DNA of 64,000 nt, taken from Candidatus Sungiibacteriota bacterium. GTDB taxonomy: Bacteria; Patescibacteriota; Minisyncoccia; Sungbacterales; JACQCQ01. The stretch spans positions 10,187 through 74,186 of the forward strand of contig JACQCQ010000012.1 in NCBI GenBank assembly GCA_016201505.1, read 5' to 3'. Of the stretch, positions 27,019 through 35,484 are shown one piece after another (within the stretch, counting starts at the first letter, position 1; each line of letters opens with the position of its first letter). The notes under the pieces were generated by a model, which worked only from the letters and a program-made list of their open reading frames with translations, did not search any database and was not told where the DNA came from. The translations under genes were made by a program, and so were the position numbers.

Positions 27019-28740
27019 ATGTCATTTGCCGATCTGAAACAAAAAATTGAGCCGCTGTTTGGAGCTGACCAAATCTCGCTGGTTGAGCGCGCCTATCAAT
27101 TCGCCGAAAAGGCGCATGCGGGGCAAACACGGAAATCCGGCGAACCCTACCTCGTGCATCCACTTTTCATCGCCTTAAAACTGGCGGAATTAAAAATGGA
27201 CCAGGCGACGATCGCGGCCGCCTTACTGCATGACGTGGTCGAGGATTCAGGCGTGCTGCTTTCTACGATTGAGGCGGAATTCGGCAGTGATGTCGCCTTT
27301 CTCGTCGACGGGGTAACGAAACTCGGCAAACTGAAATACCGCGGCATCGAACGCATGGCCGAGTCTCTTCGTAAAATGGTGCTGGCCACCGCCGAGGATG
27401 TCCGCGTCGTCTTGATTAAATTAAATGATCGGCTCCACAACATGGAGACCTTAAAAGCTCTACCGGAAGAAAAACACCGGCGTATTGCTTTGGAGACACT
27501 TGAAATTTACGCGCCGCTCGCCGATCGCTTGGGTCTTGGAAGCTTAAAGGCTAGGCTTGAGGATCTGGCATTTCCCTACGTCTATCCGGAAGAACACTCC
27601 TGGCTTTCAAGAAATGTGCGAGACGCATTTGAAGAACGATCAGAATACTTGAAGCAGTTGGCGCCCGAAATCGAAAAAGTACTGCGCGAAGAGGCAGTGC
27701 CAATCATCGCCATGGACGCGCGGGCCAAACACCAATACAGCCTCTGGCGGAAGCTCATGAAGTTCGACATGGATATTGCTAAAATCCATGACCTGATTGC
27801 GCTCCGGGTTATTGTGCCGACGGTGGCCGACTGCTACCAGGCGCTCGGGGTGATTCATGCGCACTGGCGGCCGCTCCCCGGAAAAATCAAAGATTACATC
27901 GCACTGCCAAAACCCAACGGTTATAAGTCGCTGCATACGACGGTCTTCGGGCCCGATGGCAAAATTGCTGAAATTCAGATCCGCACAATCGCCATGCATG
28001 AAGAAGCTGAACACGGCATTGCGGCGCACTGGAAATACAGCCAGACAAAACAAACAAAGCTCTATCATGAGAATGTCGCCTCCAAAGCCGACAAAAAAGA
28101 AATCAGCTGGGTAAAAGATCTGCGCGACTGGCAAAAGGATGTTTCGGATTCGGATGAATTTCTGCAAACGCTCAAAATCGATTTTTTCAAAAATCGGATC
28201 TTCGCGCTGACGCCGAAAGGTGACGCGGTTGATTTGCCCGAAGGCGCAACGGCGCTTGACTTTGCCTATCACGTACACTCGCAAATCGGGAACAGCGCCT
28301 CCGGCGCCCGGGTCAACGGCAAAATGGTGCCGCTGGATCACGAGATTAGCAACTTCGATGTGGTTGAAATCATTACGCAGAAAAATAAAAAACCGGCTGC
28401 TGATTGGCTGGAATTTGTAAAAACCTCGATGGCGCGAAAACACATCACTTCAAGACTGCGCCGTGACGCAGAACAAAAACGTTTCGGGACAAAGCCGGGC
28501 GGCCTTTTAGTTGAGCTCCGTGTCACCGCGCGCGACCGCATTGGCCTTTTAAACGATCTGACCTCGGCCATTCGGGCATTTCGCATCAATATCCGCGATC
28601 ATAAAACGGAAACCGCCCACCGTTCTCACCCACTCATCATTTTGACATGCGCCATAAAATCAAGCGACGAACTGCGAAAACTCCTTATGAAATTAAAGAG
28701 CGTAAAAGGTGTCGAAGAAGTCAACTACAAGATTTTGTAA
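27019..28740 (+). CDS. rel: bifunctional (p)ppGpp synthetase/hydrolase, RelA/SpoT homologue (short form)
   Basis: HD hydrolase motif (HDVVEDS), a RelA_SpoT synthetase region (RVIVPTVADCYQALGVIH...KDYIALPKPNGYKSLHT), then TGS and ACT-like tails. Confidence 0.9.
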   Translation: MSFADLKQKIEPLFGADQISLVERAYQFAEKAHAGQTRKSGEPYLVHPLFIALKLAELKMDQATIAAALLHDVVEDSGVLLSTIEAEFGSDVAFLVDGVTKLGKLKYRGIERMAESLRKMVLATAEDVRVVLIKLNDRLHNMETLKALPEEKHRRIALETLEIYAPLADRLGLGSLKARLEDLAFPYVYPEEHSWLSRNVRDAFEERSEYLKQLAPEIEKVLREEAVPIIAMDARAKHQYSLWRKLMKFDMDIAKIHDLIALRVIVPTVADCYQALGVIHAHWRPLPGKIKDYIALPKPNGYKSLHTTVFGPDGKIAEIQIRTIAMHEEAEHGIAAHWKYSQTKQTKLYHENVASKADKKEISWVKDLRDWQKDVSDSDEFLQTLKIDFFKNRIFALTPKGDAVDLPEGATALDFAYHVHSQIGNSASGARVNGKMVPLDHEISNFDVVEIITQKNKKPAADWLEFVKTSMARKHITSRLRRDAEQKRFGTKPGGLLVELRVTARDRIGLLNDLTSAIRAFRINIRDHKTETAHRSHPLIILTCAIKSSDELRKLLMKLKSVKGVEEVNYKIL

Positions 28741-28799
28741 AAATTCCGTAGGTAAACGAACCTTAATTTTGTACTCCCCTGCTCTATGTATCCGATTTG

Positions 28800-28835
28800 C
28801 TTTATTCTCATATTCTTGAGAATATGAGAATAAAG
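28800..28835. promoter_or_regulatory. 16-bp palindromic operator-like site upstream of the ArsR-family gene
   Basis: ctttattctcatattc ttga gaatatgagaataaag, a perfect inverted repeat 35 nt upstream of the regulator's ATG. Confidence 0.55.
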
Positions 28836-28869
28836 CGCATGATCGTCTGTCGCAAATCATTTTTTAGCC

Positions 28870-29139
28870 ATGAGGTCATTTAAGCAACTTGAGAAAATCG
28901 CAAAGGGATTCTCAAATCATCGAAGAATCCAGATTTTAGATCTTCTGCAAAAATACCCCGAGCTATCCGTCGCCGATATCGCGGAAGCCCTCGGAGTAAA
29001 CTTCAAGACCATATCGGAGCATATTCGCCGCCTGGCCGAAGCCGGACTGGTCCTCAAACGTTATGAGGCACAAACCGTGAGACATAAGCTGACACCACGG
29101 GGAATAGGTATTCTTAAATTCTTGAGAATATTAGAATAA
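28870..29139 (+). CDS. ArsR/SmtB-family winged-helix transcriptional regulator
   Basis: 89 aa: ...RRIQILDLLQKYPELSVADIAEALGVNFKTISEHIRRLAEAGLV..., an HTH_5-type motif. Confidence 0.8.
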   Translation: MRSFKQLEKIAKGFSNHRRIQILDLLQKYPELSVADIAEALGVNFKTISEHIRRLAEAGLVLKRYEAQTVRHKLTPRGIGILKFLRILE

Positions 29140-29140
29140 A
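29109..29140. promoter_or_regulatory. second copy of the operator-like repeat (overlaps the regulator's last codons); a third partial copy lies at 29170-29185
   Basis: tattcttaaattcttgagaatattagaataaa is a 22/24 match to aattcttgagaatatgagaataaa upstream; tattcttgagatag recurs at 29170. Confidence 0.5.
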
Positions 29141-29598
29141 CGTCGATAAAACTAAATTCTTTTTGTGCAGTATTCTTGAGATAGTTCGAACCCTCGTTCG
29201 CTAAAGCTATAGACGGGCAAAGCGCATTTCGCCGCCGCAGGCGGCGAGAAACCCCCCGCGAATCCGCCAGCTGGCGGACGGAAAGGCGGCGGCTCGTACT
29301 GAGCGAAGTCGAAGTGAGCCGCACCGACTTGTCCGCCGAAGTTTTACTGTGTCCTGCCGAAGCCATAGGCGAAGGAGGAACGAAGGCGGATGACAATTTC
29401 AAGTTTTTGAATGATTTAAGCATAAATCATTCCAGTAAATTTTTCAATGAAAAATGATTGAAAAATTTACTGCTTTGGCGGCAAATTCTTTTATGAAAAT
29501 ACAATCTCAAAATTTAATAAAAAAGAAAGGAGCCGTACCCGTAGGTCGTGCTCCTGATGGCTGGGGCTCGTCGCTTGGCCGACGGAACTGGTGGGGCG

Positions 29599-29820
29599 TT
29601 ACCCCTCGTCTTCGTTGTCATCCTTCACCGTAGCAACGAACTCATGATCGCACTTCGGGCACTTGGCATTGATGGTCGAAGGTCTCGTATAGAACAGAAA
29701 CAAGAGACCCAGAAATGCCCACAGGCTGTGAGTGAACCAAAGGGCGAACCCAACGAGTGCGACGATACCCAGGTTCATCAGGGCCCACGGCCAGTTACTA
29801 CCATGTGTTTTGTCTGCCAT
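29599..29820 (-). CDS. small membrane protein with C-terminal CPKC...H zinc-ribbon-like tail (73 aa), hypothetical
   Basis: Strong SD (aaaggagggag) 6 nt upstream of the ATG; one or two TM helices. Confidence 0.5.
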   Translation of the reverse strand: MADKTHGSNWPWALMNLGIVALVGFALWFTHSLWAFLGLLFLFYTRPSTINAKCPKCDHEFVATVKDDNEDEG

Positions 29821-30054
29821 TGTTTCTCCCTCCTTTCAAGTTACGGTTTGCTTCCATCCAAAGCGATTCATTCAAAGATAGCATTTTATGCCATAAAAGT
29901 CAAGAGGCGGCAAGCTCCGCCTCTTGGGAGTGTTCGAAAAATTTTTCTTTTCTGCTTTTAACGGAATCGGGAATTTCTTTTTGCCCCGAAAAATCCATAC
30001 GATTTGGTCGCCGAGCGCGGGCTTTGCCCGCGCGAGGCATTGACTTTTCCAACG

Positions 30055-30139
30055 TGGTGCCGGGAGAGGGAGTCGAACCCTCATGAGCTTGCGCTCGCAG
30101 GATTTTGAGTCCTGTGTGTCTGCCAGTTCCACCACCCCG
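30055..30139 (-). tRNA. tRNA-Leu (anticodon CAA), type II with long variable arm
   Basis: rc gives GCCGGGG TGGTGGAACTGGCAGACAC..CAGGACTCAAAATCCTG..(long variable arm)..GGGTTCGACTCCCTC..CCCGGC ACCA. Confidence 0.85.
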
Positions 30140-30321
30140 GCAAAATGATACGGGGCAAATCTGCCAGCCCGCCCCGCACTAATTCCCACAAATTACTTGC
30201 AAACTATATCAAAAGCTAGCTCTAGATGCTACTCGGCATATGAGAATTACATAATCGGAATTTAGTGCGGAGTTCCGCCACCGCGGCATTACAACGCGCA
30301 TACTATTTATACAATCCTCGT

Positions 30322-30356
30322 TTGTCAACGAAAAAAGCCTGCGGTATTCTAATGAC
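30322..30356 (+). promoter_or_regulatory. sigma70-like promoter placing the TSS at the parB ATG (candidate leaderless mRNA)
   Basis: TTGTCA, a 17-nt spacer, TATTCT, then 6 nt, then ATG at 30357. There is no SD. Confidence 0.35.
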
Positions 30357-31331
30357 ATGGATGAACCAACTCCGAACCAGAATGGAGAAAACGACGCCGA
30401 AATAAAACCAAGAGCAGAAGCCTCCCCCATCGCCCCCCCCATCGGATTTACGAGACCCGAGGATGAAAAGCCCTTAGCCGTTCCTTTAACCGAACGGCGC
30501 GCACATGAGAGCATTTTTTGGATTGAGCGAGTCCTGATTGAGCCCAATCCCTATCAGCCGCGGCGGGAGTTTGACCCAAAGGCCCTCGAAGATTTAGCCG
30601 AATCGTTAAAAACGCACGGTATGCTCCAGCCGATTTTGGTCTCTCGCGTCGAGATAGAAACGCCGCGGGGCTGGGAAACAAGATATCAATTGATCGCCGG
30701 TGAGAGGAGGTGGCGAGCCGCGGGGCTTGCTAATATGGAGCAGATTCCGGTGATCATCAAGAAAGAGCCGACGAATCGGATGAAGTTGGAGCTGGCACTG
30801 ATTGAAAATGTCCAGCGCGAGGATTTAAATGCGATTGACCGCGCCAAAGCCTTCCGCCAATTGATTGATGATTTTAAATTAATGCAGCGGGAAGTTGCCG
30901 AACGCATCGGGAAATCGCGTGAAATGGTGGCAAACTCATTGCGGCTGCTCTCACTTCCGCCCGATATGCAGGAGGCGCTTTCCAGAGGCGAAATCGCCGA
31001 AGGGCATGCGCGGGCAATTTTAATGGCGGGCGATAATCCGGAACTGCAGCGTCAACTTTTTAATGAAATCGTAACCTACAAATTAAATGTCCGCGAAGCG
31101 GAAAACGCAGCGCGCCGCATCTCCGGTAAAACTTTAACGCCGCGGCGCCGCTTGGGATCATCGGGTGATCCGGAGACTCAAGACTGGCAAACAAGGCTTC
31201 AGGAGATGTTTGGCACCAAAGTTCAGGTTCAGAAAGTCGGTGACCGAGGAAAAATCGTCATCGAATTCTACTCCGACGAAGAGCTTCGTGGGATCATCGA
31301 TAAAGTCCTCCGCGACCGTGGTGCGCTTTAG
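30357..31331 (+). CDS. parB: chromosome partitioning protein ParB/Spo0J
   Basis: ParB box: IEPNPYQPRREFDPKALEDLAESLKTHGMLQPILV...GERRWRAA, with an HTH following. Confidence 0.85.
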   Translation: MDEPTPNQNGENDAEIKPRAEASPIAPPIGFTRPEDEKPLAVPLTERRAHESIFWIERVLIEPNPYQPRREFDPKALEDLAESLKTHGMLQPILVSRVEIETPRGWETRYQLIAGERRWRAAGLANMEQIPVIIKKEPTNRMKLELALIENVQREDLNAIDRAKAFRQLIDDFKLMQREVAERIGKSREMVANSLRLLSLPPDMQEALSRGEIAEGHARAILMAGDNPELQRQLFNEIVTYKLNVREAENAARRISGKTLTPRRRLGSSGDPETQDWQTRLQEMFGTKVQVQKVGDRGKIVIEFYSDEELRGIIDKVLRDRGAL

Positions 31332-31365
31332 GTATTTTTGAAACTGGACACTGTAGTAACTGAGA

Positions 31366-31791
31366 CTATTTTTTCTTAAATGGCGGGATTTGGATCACTT
31401 CGAACTCATGTTGATTTAGATTAAAGACAACTTTATAAAATTCAAAAAACCCATTCTGGCCTAGTAAAGCAGTCGTCTTAAGGTCAGGGATTATAAATGC
31501 TTTTATGTTGAATTCTAAATTATCCTGCGCAAGCTTCAAGATTAAATCGCAACGATATGTTTTTGTCTTAGGGCCTACGATTCCCTGTGTCAAGTCTTCT
31601 TCGCAATCCTCTAATTTTATTCCGAGGGCATCTGCAATCTGACCATTGATATAAGTATCGGTCGCGCCAGAATCTACTAGCGCTTTGATTTTTAGTGATA
31701 GTTGATTTTCGGGATTTTTGAAGACAACATCAATCAGGGGATAATGATTATACTTGTCTTTCCCCATAGCACTGGCATATTGAAACTTCAT
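31366..31791 (-). CDS. retropepsin-like (clan AA) aspartic peptidase
   Basis: VDSGATDTYI (D-S/T-G-A motif) in a 141-aa protein. Local GC is about 36%. Confidence 0.55.
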   Translation of the reverse strand: MKFQYASAMGKDKYNHYPLIDVVFKNPENQLSLKIKALVDSGATDTYINGQIADALGIKLEDCEEDLTQGIVGPKTKTYRCDLILKLAQDNLEFNIKAFIIPDLKTTALLGQNGFFEFYKVVFNLNQHEFEVIQIPPFKKK

Positions 31792-31798
31792 TTATCAA

Positions 31799-31987
31799 TT
31801 ACGACAGAGGCGCTAAACCAACATTTTCTTCAGGCACAAGGAACAAAGAGTAATCTCTACTTTTTTTATCAGCAATTTCTTTTACTTCTTTCACAGAATT
31901 TCCAACAGCAATTACATCATCATCTTCCAGCGCAACCCATTTCTTTTGATGATTCTTAACTAGAGTGGTGATGTCTCCAATATTCAT
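31799..31987 (-). CDS. small DUF-type protein (62 aa) co-oriented 7 nt upstream of the aspartic peptidase
   Basis: KKWVALEDDDVIAVGNSVKEVKEIA pattern. It resembles the small partner protein often found next to retropepsin-like genes in prokaryotes (DUF5678-like; recalled from memory, not verified). Confidence 0.4.
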   Translation of the reverse strand: MNIGDITTLVKNHQKKWVALEDDDVIAVGNSVKEVKEIADKKSRDYSLFLVPEENVGLAPLS

Positions 31988-32258
31988 GGTTTTAGTATAA
32001 CCCGTAACTCTATATTAGTTACATTTCTGCAAATGAATGTCAACATGACAAGTCATTAAGCCTAAAATTTTACTTAGTTCCAGATTCTCTAGTTTCCACT
32101 ATGAAAGCACCCTTCCTGAACTCACCCGCGTAATTTGACTACAGCGTAAATCCAAGCGACCGCGGCGCGGTTTAGATTTTCTTAAACTAATTTAATTATA
32201 TTAATTTTTTTGTTGGGTAGGGCATATCTATTTTACTTTTGTCTTTTCCAAAGACGGT

Positions 32259-32816
32259 TTAACTTTCATTTTTAGATTTCTTTGAGATTCTTTTCCTTAA
32301 GAACTCTATTCCAATTGAAGTGAGAATGCCGATGATGGCGCCGCCTGCAATGTCGGAGGGCCAGTGGACGCCGGCCGAGACGCGGGCGAGACAGATGATG
32401 GCAGTGAGGCCAAACAAATACCAGCCGAATTTTTTGTTATAAAACCAAATGGACATGGCGAGCGCAAAGAAAAAAACGGCGTGGCCCGAAGGAAAACTGC
32501 CCGAGGTTTCGTGGGGGATTAAGGGATTAAAATGAAGCGCCATAAAGGGTCGCGGGCGGTAGTATACAAAGCGAATGATCTCGGTAATACCAAAGCGGGC
32601 GATAACTCCTGAAAAAAAAGCGTAGAAAATGACCCCCATCTTGGACAACCGCTGTTTGCCGTCTATATCAATTAAGATAAACGGCAAAATGAGAACGGCG
32701 GCGGCAACAAGATACGGCAGAGTAGATCCTATAAAAACAATCAAAAAATCGAGAAGACGATTGACCCCAGCAAGTGAATGAAAAAAATAAAGTAGAGCTA
32801 AATCAAAACCCATCAC
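32259..32816 (-). CDS. PAP2 family membrane phosphatase (undecaprenyl-diphosphatase-like)
   Basis: KxxxxxxRP...PSGH...SRxxxxxHxxxD pattern: YRPRP, SFPSGHA, ARVSAGVHWPSD. Confidence 0.8.
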   Translation of the reverse strand: MMGFDLALLYFFHSLAGVNRLLDFLIVFIGSTLPYLVAAAVLILPFILIDIDGKQRLSKMGVIFYAFFSGVIARFGITEIIRFVYYRPRPFMALHFNPLIPHETSGSFPSGHAVFFFALAMSIWFYNKKFGWYLFGLTAIICLARVSAGVHWPSDIAGGAIIGILTSIGIEFLRKRISKKSKNES

Positions 32817-33631
32817 TGTAGCCCTTTTAGTATAGTCAGATTCTTGAATACATGCATGACCGTAAGCGGCCCTATACCGCCGGGGACGGGAGTCAGCCAG
32901 CCGTCTTTGCCTTCCATACTCTTTCGGTCTACATCCCCCGACAGATTCCCTTCTTCAATTGATATGCCGCAGTCGAATAGTATTGTGCCGTCTTTCACCA
33001 TCTCGGCATGAATCAAATTCGGTCGTCCCGTGCCCGTAAAAATAATATCCGCATCTTTTAAATTCAGTGCTTGTTCGCTTGAGTGATAGGTATAGACGGA
33101 AAATGGCAGATCTGAATTGGTAAGCCAGTGAATAATGGGGCGTCCCACGAGCCGCCCGGCACCAACAACGGCAATCTCCTTTCCCTCGAGCTCTATCTGG
33201 CGGCTCTTTAAAATCGTATCAATCGCGGCAATAACCGGCGGGAGAATGGGTGATCTCCCGACGGCAAAAGCCCCGACATTCTTTTGATTTAAGCAGTCAA
33301 CGTCTTTCATTTCCGGGATTGAATTTAAAATGTATTGTGTGTTTAATCCTTCGGGCAATGGCAACTGGATGATGTACCCATCGCGGTCAGTCTTTTTTAT
33401 GAGATCCGTGATGGCGCGGCGCACATGTTTTGAAGTGCCCTCTGGAATTTGATAGGTTCGTACCTCAATCCCCAATTCCTGGCCCTTTTTCTTTTTTTGT
33501 TCGATAAATTTTTGCGAGACCAGATCCTGGCCAATCGAAATTATGCCAAGCGAAAGATTGTGGCCAGCCACGCGTGTCTTAACCTCTTCGCCAATTTTCT
33601 CGGCCAACGCCTTGCCGTCAATTAAGTTCAC
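32813..33631 (-). CDS. folD: bifunctional methylene-THF dehydrogenase/cyclohydrolase
   Basis: Typical FolD N-terminus and Rossmann motif: MNLIDGKALAEKIGEEV...GRSPILPPVIAAI...VVGAGRLVGRPI. Confidence 0.9.
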   Translation of the reverse strand: MNLIDGKALAEKIGEEVKTRVAGHNLSLGIISIGQDLVSQKFIEQKKKKGQELGIEVRTYQIPEGTSKHVRRAITDLIKKTDRDGYIIQLPLPEGLNTQYILNSIPEMKDVDCLNQKNVGAFAVGRSPILPPVIAAIDTILKSRQIELEGKEIAVVGAGRLVGRPIIHWLTNSDLPFSVYTYHSSEQALNLKDADIIFTGTGRPNLIHAEMVKDGTILFDCGISIEEGNLSGDVDRKSMEGKDGWLTPVPGGIGPLTVMHVFKNLTILKGLQ

Positions 33632-34842
33632 ACCGGAAACTTTTTTAAGAATGACTTAATCTCTCGACTGATCGAAGCCGGATTTTCTTTATCAATCACC
33701 GCCCTTCGTATCCATTCGGCTACTTGCCTCATGTCTCGAACTCCCATGCCCCGCGTGGTGACAGCTGGAGTCCCCATGCGAATGCCTGATGGATTGAAGG
33801 CTTTTTCGTCTCCCGGAACGGTGTTGCGATTCGCGATAATGCTTGACTTTTCAAGTCTCGTCTCGGCATCTTTCCCTGTCATTCCCAGCGGCGAGAGATC
33901 AATCAGCAAAAGATGATTATCTGTCCCGCCAGTGACTAAGCTAAACCCTTCTTTTTTCAGTGCATGGGCGAGGACATTGGCATTGGCTACAACTTTTTTA
34001 GCATACACTTTATACCTTGGTTCGGCTGCGGCCTTTAGTGTATAGGCAATCGCGGCAGTCGTATTATCATGCGGGCCGCCTTGGATTCCCGGAAATACGG
34101 CTCTATTAATTTTTTCGGCCAAGTTTGATTTTGCAAATATAACAGCGCCGCGCGGCCCGCGCAAAATTTTATGCGTCGTCATCGTTACCACATCGGCATA
34201 GGGAAACGGCGAGACGTGAAGACCGGCAGCCACGAGCCCGGCAATATGCGAGATATCGGCAAGATGCAAGGCTCTGACATCCGCCGCAATCTCGCCAAAT
34301 TTTTTAAAATCAATCGTCCGCGGGTAGGCCGTAAGTCCCGAGATAATAATTTTTGGCTTTACGCGGCGCGCGATTTTTAAAATTTCATTATAATCGAGCA
34401 AATCTGTTTTGGAATCCACTCCGTACGAAACGCTTTTATACGCCATACCCGAAAAATTCACCTTATGCCCATGGGTTAAATGGCCGCCGGCCGATAACTG
34501 CATACCCAAAATAGTATCACCGAAATTTAAGAGGCCAAGATAGACCGCCATATTGGCGGGAGAGCCGGAATACGGCTGAACGTTTACATGCCAAGCACCA
34601 CGTAATTTAAATAATTTCTTGGCTCGATTTTGTGCGAGCAACTCGATTTGATCGATGATTGCGTTCCCCGGATAATAGCGCCTCCCGGGATAGCCCTCGG
34701 AGTATTTATTCATTAAAACGGAGCTAACAATTTCACGGACCGCCAACGGCGCCAGATTTTCCGATGGGATAAGATCAATCGTCGTCGCTTGGCGATATTT
34801 TTCGGCAGCAATTAACTTTTCGAGCTCCTTGTCGTGTTTCAT
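33628..34842 (-). CDS. glyA: serine hydroxymethyltransferase
   Basis: PLP lysine region TTHKILRGPRGAVIF; whole-length SHMT similarity. Confidence 0.95.
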   Translation of the reverse strand: MKHDKELEKLIAAEKYRQATTIDLIPSENLAPLAVREIVSSVLMNKYSEGYPGRRYYPGNAIIDQIELLAQNRAKKLFKLRGAWHVNVQPYSGSPANMAVYLGLLNFGDTILGMQLSAGGHLTHGHKVNFSGMAYKSVSYGVDSKTDLLDYNEILKIARRVKPKIIISGLTAYPRTIDFKKFGEIAADVRALHLADISHIAGLVAAGLHVSPFPYADVVTMTTHKILRGPRGAVIFAKSNLAEKINRAVFPGIQGGPHDNTTAAIAYTLKAAAEPRYKVYAKKVVANANVLAHALKKEGFSLVTGGTDNHLLLIDLSPLGMTGKDAETRLEKSSIIANRNTVPGDEKAFNPSGIRMGTPAVTTRGMGVRDMRQVAEWIRRAVIDKENPASISREIKSFLKKFPV

Positions 34843-35483
34843 AGCGGTCGCTCCAGTAATTCTTCTAACTGTGATTTAGTCACAACGCCTTTTCGCAGAA
34901 TGACGGGGTTCTTTCGATTGGTTACATCCAGAATGGTTGAGGGTTCGGTGTCTTGCAATTCGCCGGCGTTGATGATTAAATCCGGTTTTTCGTTTCTGTC
35001 TCTTAAATCTTTTAAAAATTCGTCGAGCGACTTGGGGTGTGCGGCCCCAGAACGGTTGGCTGATGTGCCAATCAAAGGAAAATCTATTTGGCGAAACAAT
35101 TCGGCCATAAACGGATGGGCCGAGACGCGGATGGCAATGGTATCGCGTCCGCCCGAAATTATATCCGGGACAACATCTTTTTTATGCAGAATGACCGAGA
35201 CCGCGCCCGGCCAGATTTGGCCGAGCAGTTCCTCCGTCCACATGTCGATATAGGCATATTTACGCGCCATTTTGACGTCGCGCACCAAAATCGGCATGCC
35301 TTTTTCTTTAAGGCGCGCTTTAATCCTTATAACGCGCTTGGCCACACCCGCGAGCTCGGCATTTCCGCCGATACCGTAAATCGTATCGGTCGGAAAAACA
35401 ATCACCCCGCCCCTTTTTACGATCTGAACAGCCGCAAAAAGTGCCCCAGGAAGCGAGTCTTTTGTAAGCGTGATGATTTCCAT
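34839..35483 (-). CDS. tsaC: L-threonylcarbamoyladenylate synthase (YrdC/Sua5 family)
   Basis: VIVFPTDTIYGIGGNA and the rest of the YrdC fold. Confidence 0.85.
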   Translation of the reverse strand: MEIITLTKDSLPGALFAAVQIVKRGGVIVFPTDTIYGIGGNAELAGVAKRVIRIKARLKEKGMPILVRDVKMARKYAYIDMWTEELLGQIWPGAVSVILHKKDVVPDIISGGRDTIAIRVSAHPFMAELFRQIDFPLIGTSANRSGAAHPKSLDEFLKDLRDRNEKPDLIINAGELQDTEPSTILDVTNRKNPVILRKGVVTKSQLEELLERPL

Positions 35484-35484
35484 G

